Source: Hormiphora californensis (Eukaryota; Animalia; Ctenophora). Taken from it: a stretch of 64,000 bases of DNA. Below are positions 53,801 through 64,000 of the stretch, piece after piece (the stretch's first letter is position 1; each line of letters opens with the position of its first letter). The notes under the pieces were generated by a model. The model searched no databases and was not told where the DNA came from. It saw nothing but the letters and a program-made list of their open reading frames with translations. Location of the stretch: positions 4,774,001 through 4,838,000 of the forward strand of contig CM035352.1 in the NCBI GenBank assembly GCA_020137815.1. The letters run 5' to 3'. A program made the position numbers and the translations under genes.

Positions 53801-55522
53801 AATATAAATGGATGGTACCGATCTTACCTCATTCTTATACATGTATGGCCATGGATAACTGTCGTGAACTAGAAGTTCGGTTAAAGTAAGAGTGGCGCGC
53901 CGTGTTTTCTCACAAAACTTAGTAGATGAACGGGGAGTACCACCAGGACCATTGGTACGGTATCGAAAATTTCCAATTCTGTCTCGTTCATTAGTTATGA
54001 CGTAATAATTCTGTCTCGTTCATTAGTTATGACGTAATATGTTCATTATTTAAACTTTTATAAAATTGCTCTTCAGAAAAATCCGTACATTGTGGATTGA
54101 AATGGATGCTTGAATCGTGTTCAGCGTCAAAAAATAGCCGGGGTACCAAATTTTGGTGTCTCTAACTTGTCTGTGACGCGAGATATAATCGACAAATATC
54201 AAAAACGACCAAAGTGAGAGAAAGAGAGTTTGTTACTTTTGGGTGGCGCGCACAAACAACTAGCACCCAAAGATAACAAGCAATTTTATAAAAGTTATAA
54301 AATCTCAGTTTTCCATTAACATTTTCCCACTACAAGCGACCGTGTAAGACCTTTCACATCTATACTTTACCTGTGAATGAATGATATATCAAGGACGGTC
54401 CAGATTTTAGAAAAAGATATGGGCACTGCTTTCGGCATTCCAGTTGTGCCGCTGGTGAAGATAAAGCCAACAATACTGTTGTGATCTAAATGAGTTTAGT
54501 TGATTTAAAAAACTAAGGAATATAATATGTCACAATTGCTCTATAATTGTTAGTTAGTATATATTCACTGTAATCTTTATGCTTTTACCTTGTTTCCTGC
54601 CAGCCCATTTGAAGCTATTCTGAGAGTTAGACATCAACTTCATCAGGCCCAGCACCTTCGCTCCAATCAGATCAAGTCGTGATTCCTTGTTACGAGTGCT
54701 AACAGTGATAATATTCAGCTTGAGAATTCTGCAAATTCCTCCCTCTAATTCCAGGAATTGTCGAGCAGTTTCATTACTGAGAACTGTTGAACAGTTGTCA
54801 AGGGTTTTGACGCAGTGAATGAGGGATGCCCCACGAAGATTAGTATTGAGCAAGGCAGGACGGGCACCCAGCTTGATAAGGGCTAACCAGGTTAATTACT
54901 AACTCCACACTATTCGTCATGAATATACCGACTGTTGCACCGGATTGCACATTTCTCTCGTAGAGAAACTTCGCCACGCTGTCACTCATCTCATCGATCT
55001 GAGTAGTAGATAAAATCAGATACTTTATATTAAAGAAAATTATTATTTCTTAGATAACATGGATGATTATGTACTCGTGAGAGCTAGAGAGAGATCAGAG
55101 AGTGATATATAGCAGCCATAGCAGATATCAAAAATCTTGTTCGAAGAATTTTTTCATTAAGTTCTTGACATATCATAATATGATATGTCAATATATTATA
55201 TCTCGATGCATTTTATATCCAATCAGCAAGCAATTTAATAAAAATTTAGTAACATTAATTTAATCTATGTTACCTCGCGGAAAGTATGTTCTCGTGTCAT
55301 ATCCATTATAAATACTCTCTTGCCATGTCTCCTGACCGCTTCATTCCACATATCCACATAGTTCCGGTTTCTCCGCTCAATCCTCATGCGGGAGAAGGCA
55401 AACCTGCACTTGAACATGATGACCCGGAGCTCCAACCAGAGAGTAGCGAAGTTGTAAATACCATGGGAAAGACATGTTGTAATGAGGATGGCGATGGCAG
55501 CAATGACCAACAACCAAATCAT
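50846..55522 (-). CDS. Fatty acid transport protein / very-long-chain acyl-CoA synthetase (SLC27A family), multi-exon
   Basis: N-terminal hydrophobic anchor; ALLNTNLRG; IFTSGTTGMPKA AMP-binding motif; YVGEMCRFLL; EFYGQTEG; STGDL...[45 protein letters not shown]. Confidence 0.93.
51390..52125. mobile_element. Nest of MITE fragments in a FATP intron
   Basis: Outer inverted pair CCAAGCCATAACTCCGGTTC / GAACCGGAGCTATGGCTTGG; partial copy of the 23314-23940 family; small CTGGCGCCGC element (51720-51785, related to 59925-60000); GGAATTACAGTAAT..GACGCAGACTTTGCATAAC repeat shared with about 57215-57250. Confidence 0.65.
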
Positions 55523-57906
55523 ATCGTGCTGGAGTGATTAAATAATTGAATGATTCAAGTGATGCAAAGATAATGATGTGGCCACAATTAAGTCCCACTC
55601 GAACGTCGAATTTGAAACAAAAGTGGAACAAAACCGGAAGTGGAGAATGATACAAGCGAAATTTTAGCTACTCTGTAGTCTGTACAATGTACATACAACA
55701 AAGATCCAAAATACTAAATGTACTCCGGCACTGTGGGGTACTGTGTGTATTATTAGGTAGGCTTTGTGCAGGACAAAGCAAAGAGGCGGTCACTATTGAT
55801 AGCATGACGCATTGTAATGAAGAAAGAAAGTAAGTTAGGGTGAGAGAGAGTAATAGATAGAGAATGGGAAGAAGGTGAGACACGTGGCCGATGGATCACA
55901 ATGAACCCAGGCCATACAATTTGATGTTACCCTACTAAGCCTTTAATGCAATATGGCCCCCATATAGGTAATCGGCATGACATTGTAAAGTTCATTGATA
56001 GTTGACCGTTGGAGAGAACGCTCTGCAGCGTACAACAAGTGCCTTGTCTAAATTGCTCAGACTGTAAACCAGGCCGGTTAGTCTCCAGAGAGTCTCTCCC
56101 TTAAATGGATTCCAATACATCAACCAAACATATATATCATGCACTATAAGCAGTGTAGGTACCTAAACAGTCAACAATAAACGTGCAATACCGATCTTAA
56201 TCGACGTTTTATTTTAGTTTGGGCGCATACAGACTTTTAATGCTACAATGACGGATATTATTAATGCACGGTCTAGTTAGAGCTGTAGTTGAATTCAAGG
56301 AAGTTAATCTCAGGACAACTTCTGTCACTAAACACTGTTACTAAAGCAAAGAGAGATCTAGATAAATAGAGATTTAGCTTGCAAAACGGGCCAATGCAGC
56401 TCCTACTCAGAAAATGTAAAACGCAGCAAGGCATGTCACTATGAGTCTCTAATTTAGAGTCTAAACCATTATCATCACGAAGAGAGAGGAATAATAGTTA
56501 ATGGGCTGTAACGGTCCTTCATTATGTTAGGCTAATGCTTTCTATTTAGGTCCTGAGCTGCCACCGGAACTAACCTGTTATCTAATGTGGTAGTTGGGCC
56601 ATGATATCCCCTCATTTCTCTCCCTCCTGCGCTGTCCCGGAGGTGGTAGGTGTAGTCATCAGGTGTAGATCCTACCCTAACAATTGACTCTGACCTTTTG
56701 CTTATCAATTTATTGCGTTTCTGCATCATGCGGTGCCGACCCGATTTACGCCCTCAGATTAGACTTTAGAGCCGTACGTGGGAGCCGTACGTGGTTATTG
56801 TTGTCTTGACTTTGGTGACATGGACACATGCGAGAGATCTCACACGAAGCGAGAATATATTATATAGGTGGCAACGGTACCAAGTCTTGACTTACTTGAA
56901 TAAGGGTGGATTCCACGTATGGTATTTCCGAACTCTATGGATATTCGATAAGATTTCTCCACTCTATCGGCCATCAAAGAAGTCATTTCAGAGGTTTCCC
57001 TGCATCGGCCGTGTCACGCCTCAGTACAAATGTAAAAAGGTCTGTTTTGTTCGCCCTCGTCTGGAGATTCCGTGGTTCAGTAACACTGTTCAGTTCCTCC
57101 GGGTGACGTGCAGCATGGCCAGCAAGTCGGAAGCAGTATCCTTTATTGTTGTTACAAATGCCATATATATTCGTGTTCGTGTTTTACGCTGCCGCTGGTA
57201 GTCGCATTACCGTAATGGAATTACAGTAATGAGACGCAGACTTTGCATAACCAATAACGCACGGCAAAAAGTGCATTTGTCAGCACGTACTAGCGCACTG
57301 ATTAGCCACGGTTGCGTGTCTACATATACCGTATCTTCGTTTTCCATTACCGTTTTCCCACTATAAGCGACCGGGTAACATATATGTTGTTATATGCTCA
57401 GGATCTCATGCCCATCTTTTAAAGCGGCTTGATAGGATTGCATTGGTCGCCGTTTATTGCAAATTGGCTAGCTAGCTCTCCTTATCAAATATATATGCTC
57501 CTTTTGGGTATCAAATGAGATCGATTTTTGGTTCTCCTGGCTGGTTCGCATGAAGTTCAGGGCCCTAACCAGTTAACTAGTTTCTATTTCAGGAAACCAA
57601 TATTAAATTGGCCATCAAATGGAACTCATGGATTAGTTTTTTATTGTCGACACTCGACACTCATTTTGTATTGTTGTCAAAGATTTTATTCAACGAAAAA
57701 CATATGTAAACACAAAGCAACGCAAAATAATCTGAGCGTTTTATATCAGTCCCATATTGAACTCATCTTCCTATGCTATTTACAAAATTCTATACACATA
57801 ATTCAATGAACAAGACATGTCTCTTTCTAAAAGTCACAAAGCAAAGTTCTTAAAATGGGCATCTGTAATTTGTCTCCATCGTTTAGGTTCACTTATTCTG
57901 AATAAT

Positions 57907-60572
57907 TTACAGTCGGGCATCGTAGTGGTCCCTTTTGTACGCTTTTAGCATCTCCGACATTTTCTCGAATCCTTCGTAAAGGCCATCGCCCGTAATTGCA
58001 TTGCACGCTTGCACGTGCCATTTATTATTTCTGAAAAGAGTAAATTGGGGTTTTCAATCGGAAAAAAACTAAACGTGATTCAAATTTCATGTCATTGTTT
58101 ATGCACATGTGTGATCCATGTGTTACTTATTCGTTGCCAGGCACTGACTGAAAATTATATAATGAGACACATGTAATTGTGGAGGGACGAAGTACAAGAC
58201 ACAGGGTTTCTTCGTCCCTCCACAATTACATTGATCACCACACCCGGCGCAATGGGGACAGGAACTGACCAGGAGTAGGCTGGGCATCCCTAGGGGGTTC
58301 AGGAGGAACCACAGCAACCCAACACTATCGATATGAGACACATGTGAGATACATACCTGTAAGAGTGGAGTTGAAGTTTATCGACGACCTCTGAGATCCT
58401 GCATGCGTTTGGTAGATCCTGTTTGTTGGCCAATATCAGCACGGGAACATGTGCCGGTAACTCACTTGACTCCAAAACCCCTCTCAGCTCCTCACCAGAT
58501 TCCTGAAAATTAATACCAAGTTAAAGTTTATACAATTATATCGACCAAAACGCGGAGTTTTTACGTCATCCGACCCGAAACCGGCTTGAATTTGGTCACC
58601 CGTTATTCTCAGGACATCCAAATATGTCAAAATGTGTTTATGCAAACCCCATGTTTTGAGTGTTTTTCGCGTTCTACCCCTAATGGGTTTGGGTACGGCC
58701 GTCGGCCACCCCCTATACGTCGCGGGACCTCGGGACCTTTCCAACCTCTCTACGACTTTCACTCTAAAAATATCTATGATTAATGATTATGGTTTGTGGT
58801 TTTTTGCCATGCTTCGTAGGCTGTTTAAGCTCGTGCTAGCTCACAGTATGAGTCACTCCTTAGCCCGATAATATGATGTCCCAATCTGTCGCAATCTATC
58901 GCAAATTTTGGTCAACTCTATATATAGTCTAGGAAGCTTTACGTAATGCGAGTATTTTAGAGTAAATAGGTTGAAATATCATTACATATTATAATATTCT
59001 TTTGACATTTTTATTTCTCATGAATCGCTGAACGTATTATAATATTTCAAATTGATAACATAATAAAGTATTTATTTCTCAACATTTAATTATATGGTAC
59101 AGTTTGCTTGTAGCTCAACCTGTCAATTTACCCTATCACTTGCATTTATATATTACGCTGTCAATTTTTGACAACCATAATAAGATAAGGAAACGTGGAG
59201 AGCAGGGAAAGTTTTATTTGACAGAACTTATCTCCCAAATTTCACCACCATGCATGGGAAGTTTTATTATCTCCCCATTTCCTTAGAACCTAGTTCAGTA
59301 CAATATTCAACTCGACTTATGATAGGAAGTTTTATTATCTTCCATTCTCCCGGCTCCCAATTTATTTCCTAAACTAATACAGGATCCAACTCGACTTATA
59401 ATGGAACTCACCATGAACCTCGTTGGATCGTTGCTATCCACGACAAACACTATTCCCTTGGCAGTTGTGTAGTAATGCCTCCAGAGCCGTCTTATCGCTT
59501 CCTGACCACCGACATCCCAAATCGTGAAGGTGATACCTAAACAAATCGAGATTCAGATGATATGAGATGGAAAGGGAGCAAGATAACGATTCAGAGAGTG
59601 GGATTTAGCTGGGAGCAAGAAGTGTGACCATAGCGTTTTGATTTAAACATAGTAACTCTGCAGATTACGCCCTTGTCATATAAAATGAATTTTGTAAATT
59701 ATTAAGAGGCTTGACAGGCATTTGGCTTTATCTTTGTACCCAGAAAGTGCCAAGTTTCATGGAATATATTATATTCTACCTAGAATTTGACATGGCAGAT
59801 GCCGGATGAATTGATAATAAAATGGCTCTATCTCAAAATGAAGCTTGATGTCAAATTTTGAATGCAATTTGAAAGGTGGTTAATAAGCTTTCACTTTACA
59901 AAATAGCATAACCACTGGTTATACCTGTCTGGCGCCGCGACCCCATCTGAGCACACTGTCGCGATTTGAGAATCAAATGGGGTCTGGCACCGCCAGACAG
60001 GGTTAATCTATTTTGTAAAGTGAAAGCTTCATAAATATAACATATAATACAGTCGGACCCCGATTTAACGGCACCCCTATTTAACGGACAAACCCCTTTC
60101 CCCGAGGGTGCCGTTATAAATCGGGTTTCGACTGTCTAATGCAGTTGACATCTGAATTATAAGAAGGCTACTAGGCTAGGTGTCGCGGATCGAAGTTGTT
60201 TTTTGACCTAAATCTGTAAAAGTGAAATGGAGTATGTATACACTTGGACCAGATATATATATAGTTTAAAAATGCCATCCTACGCAGTCTGCCCATTGCA
60301 TTCGGCGAGCTAAGCTTGTACGCTCACACCGAGCCGACATACTGGGACCATGTCAAGTTTAAAACAGTAGCCCTACCTTTGCATGGAGTGACTGTTTCCA
60401 CATTGAACCCGATGGTAGGAATGGAAGAAATGGTTTCGTTCAACTTCAGCTTGTACACAATGGTTGTTTTCCCTGCGTTGTCCAGGCCAATCATGAGGAT
60501 GTTCCAGGGATCGTTGCCAATTCCCACAATGTCCGTGAAGGAACTCCACATTTTCCCCAGGATGAGACCCAT
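57907..60572 (-). CDS. ARF/ARL-family small GTPase (ARL14/ARL11-like), 4 exons
   Basis: N-terminal MG (myristoylation site); GLDNAGKTT (G1); PTIGFNVE (G2); WDVGGQ (G3); LANKQDLP (G4); [11 protein letters not shown] (G5); stop at 57907-57909. Confidence 0.93.
60050..60134. mobile_element. Very short member of the CAGTCGGACCCCGATTTA MITE family in ARF intron 1
   Basis: TA|CAGTCGGACCCCGATTTAA...TAAATCGGGTTTCGACTG. Confidence 0.7.
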
Positions 60573-62132
60573 GCCGTTGCTATGGGAATTGGGATTCAGA
60601 GCGTTGTGGATAAAGCATTTATTATGTCTAACAGTTTACTAAGGAGGAGGATCATAATTGTATGTCATGCGGCCTAGTTTTATTCTTAAATTGTTCAATT
60701 ATTATGCTCATGTAACTGACACTGACGAAGTTGGCTTCTTAAAAAGGATTGTACTGTCGTTTAGTAAGCATAAATATGAGGATGGGTAAAAATCACTGTA
60801 CTGCATGATACGAAGAATATTTGATATAATATTCAGAGTGAGAAACATGTTCGATATAATATTCAGAATAAGAAACAGGATACACATGGTTTCACCATTA
60901 AAGGTTGACAAGTTACAGGAGTTTAAGTAAAATGTGTAACGATGATGATCAGAGTCGCAAATCTGGTAGCAGCATGGCAACACTAAAATGATCTGTTTGT
61001 TTAGAGAGCGTCATCACCGGGTGCCGTATTTGAGTGTATGTTTACATTGTCCCCATGGTTTGGGTGTAATTACTGCTTAAAATGTAACCATGGTAACGGT
61101 CTAGCAGACAATCACAGTCTCAGTAGTACAAAGTCATAATATGAACAGTATTAAGAGAAAAGTAATGATGTCAAAAGTGTTGTGTTACATGGTGTGAGTT
61201 GTGCTCGGTACTTCTGAAACAACTGAACAGTACACAAGAACATATAACAATGATTCAGATAATGCTTGCTGCTCTTTTATAGAGCATCTCTTACCTGTTA
61301 AGATGTGTCTGGTGTATCGTCACATTGTGCCACGTCCGCAGCCACCACGCTGCCTGCCGAGTGCTGTACAACAAGCGTACTGCTGTGATCTCACTCCCAT
61401 TATGTATTGAACTGGCCAGCAGCCAGAGAGATAGAAAGGGAGAGAGAGAGGTAGACTAGAGACATGGAGATTGGAGAGTGGGAGAGCGGTAAAGGCACGA
61501 GGGATAAATTAGAGAGACATGCAGATAGAAGAGCGATACAGACACATAATAACGGTTGGAGAGAACATGTAAAAAGGAAAGCTGAGTTATCTCTATTATC
61601 ACGAGTGACATCATGATATTACTAATAATATGATATGAACAGATATGAAATGGCCTGGGATCTTCAAAAAATTGATTAAAAGGGGGCTTTTTTCGAACCA
61701 TGGGCCTTCTGCATGCGAGGCAAGTGTTTCATTTAATTACTACGACCGCAAGTGTAGCTATACTTGTTGAGTAAGGGCCAAGGGGGTACTCAACGAGGCT
61801 ATAACATATATCTGAAATTCGCAGTCTGATTGTACGGGGAAATTTAACTTTTATCTACCAAGTTGGTTTCATAAGCTATGATCTATTGCGGCTAATTAGT
61901 GATGCTTTGTGTTACGCAAAACATGAAGTACGGACTTTGGATCAGAGTCGGTTTTGTTCAATATATATGATTGCTGAGAAGTTTGATTTTGACCAACAAT
62001 ATGACAGAGCAACTTTTGGACAGTTTTTGAGTGATGTGAGAATCTTTAGTTGGAACTGGCCAGATAAGATGCAGATTGACAAGTCACAGATTGACAGGTC
62101 ACAGATTGACAGATCACAGAGAGAGAAAGAGA

Positions 62133-62172
<40 letters not shown>

Positions 62173-62732
62173 CGGGATTATTTGAATTGTAAATTGTTTA
62201 TATTTCGTAGCACAGTGTCAGGCAACTCAAGGGATCGTGACATGTATATATATCAGAATTTAATTTCCCATTAATTTTGAAGGTTCCAAGTAACGCGTTG
62301 TCCCACGTTGCCACACACCAAGTTCAATTACTCCGTTACCCGTCAGTTGTAAATTTGTTAACCTTTTGTCAGTTAGGTGCTATGTTAGTAAAGTCAGATT
62401 TTTTTGAATGTGTCACCCCCAAATGCACGCATACTAGAACCCCAATGACCAAAATTTCTGTCGATGTTTTTTGAGCAAAATTTTCTCGATTTTTCCATTG
62501 ATAAAGTGCCACAAAGTCAAGAAGTTACTTTTTTCCTCATCTGAGGAAATGTCAGAGGGGATAGAAACTGTACCCTCAAGACAATTTATTTAATCTCTTT
62601 TTGTTTAGGCCGCACGAGACAGATATACTTGAAAAACTCAATGAGTCAATGAGTTCAGTTTTTACATAACCCCATTTCCCCACCTAGAAACCCCCATTAT
62701 TTGTACCTAACCCCATCTCACCACTTAGTCCC

Positions 62733-64000
62733 ATGATTTCATTGCTTGGGGACATCCTCGTCTTCTCCTACCTGTTCCTAATCTCAATTCTGAGCATAGC
62801 CAGTAACACCTTTGTCCTCCTATGTGCCAACAACTACCGGGCATCTGACACCGACAAAGTCTCCATAACATTCATCAAGAATCTAGCCGTCTCAGATCTC
62901 CTCTGCACTATCCTATTTGTCATACCATCCCTGTGCAACGTTGAACGAGCGGATTATCCGGAGTTATGTAAAATTGCCGGCATCTTGGCGTACATCCCCG
63001 CGGAGACGGAGATCCTCTTGATAGTTCTGATCTCAGGGTACAAGGTCTGGAGGTGTGTGTGCCCCTTTAGGTTACCCCTAGCGAACTGGCGTACAGTTAC
63101 TATCCGGCTACTGGGTGCGGGTGTCTGGATAACGGCTGCCCTCTGTACCATGGGTCCACTCCTAGCCACCGACTATGTCATGATATACGACCCACAGCTG
63201 AGACGGTGTGTGTTTGACCGCAGTGAGGTGTCCCTCGTCAGGCTGTGTAAGTTTATATAAATACTTAGTCGAAACCCGATTTACCGAAAAGCTTTTCCCC
63301 GGTAAATCGGGTACCGTATTATATGCTGAACACACGACACACGTGTCCATAAAGCATGGTCACGTGTGTCCACTTTGCATTGGACACTAGTTACACAATC
63401 TAATTGACACACCAACAAAATACTAACTGTATCTCCAATTCTAACTATCTCCATTCCACAGGCTTCTTTCTGTTCGGGACCCTACTACCTCTACTTCTGA
63501 TTATCATTTTCAACCTCACCCTCCTCTTCATTACCGTCCGTCGGAGTAACAACCTCAACTCGAAGGCCCCCTTCACAGTCCTATCCCTCTCGGGACTCTT
63601 TCTCCTCTCCTCCCTCCCCTTTATCATCTACAACATCCTCACCTCTGTTCACGGGGTGCAACCTGCCTTCAACGGGCTGAAGACTTTTGCTGGCTTCATT
63701 TACTATGTCAATCTGGTTGGAAACCCCATCGTTTACACCCTAACCAGTCAGCGGTTTTTCCAGCACTGTCTGCTGGTGATGAGGGCGGTATACAGAGACG
63801 ATATACCCTTGACAAGACGGAGCTTGAGAAGCTCAAGACAATCAAATTTACAGAGGGTGAACACGTTAGAGATTACTGTTGTGTCAAATAGTGTGAACAA
63901 TGCTACCAAGAACTCCCCAAGATCGTCTCTTGCAAGAGCATCAGTTGTTGAAAGTGCTACGAAGAACTCCCCAAAACATTCTCTTGCAAGAGCATCAGTT
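62733..64000 (+). CDS. Class A orphan GPCR, two exons (62733-63246; 63462 to window end), C-terminus incomplete
   Basis: TM1 SN; TM2 FIKNLAVSDLL; TM3 Cys; degenerate DRY (GYKVWRCVCP); ECL2 Cys; TM6 SSLP; TM7 GNPIVY; phase-1 GT-AG intron; frame open to 64000. Confidence 0.9.

Noticed and set aside
56791-57201. 136-aa ORF between FATP and ARF
   Set aside because: Non-ATG start, no domain-like features, and it lies within repeat-like sequence.

Overview
Compact, intron-rich animal genomic DNA with short GT-AG introns, many (CT)n/(GA)n microsatellites and many palindromic non-autonomous DNA transposons. Gene content and style suggest a ctenophore; this is an inference. Genes read from the sequence are: the 3' part of CEP57 (+); an ankyrin-repeat TRPC-like channel with a polyproline N-terminus (-); a class-A GPCR with a single coding exon (+); a large adhesion GPCR with Cys-rich repeats, GAIN/GPS and 7TM (+); an astacin metalloprotease with an acidic tail (+); a three-exon secreted Trunk/PTTH-type cystine-knot protein that the ORF track misses (+, 40972-41948); cytochrome b561 (-); a FATP/SLC27 acyl-CoA synthetase (-); an ARF/ARL GTPase (-); and a second class-A GPCR running off the window (+). 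Mobile DNA includes a Transib-like element whose ends are the exact RSS heptamer CACAGTG with a 5-bp TSD, a Helentron/HINE-like element nested in a relative, a truncated CRE-clade retrotransposon interrupted by a cloverleaf foldback element, and a 3.8-kb minisatellite-armed foldback element inside a palindromic Tc1/mariner-type element. Several genes carry single-base +1 insertions that look like assembly consensus errors. Exon coordinates were read by hand and may be off by a few bases.
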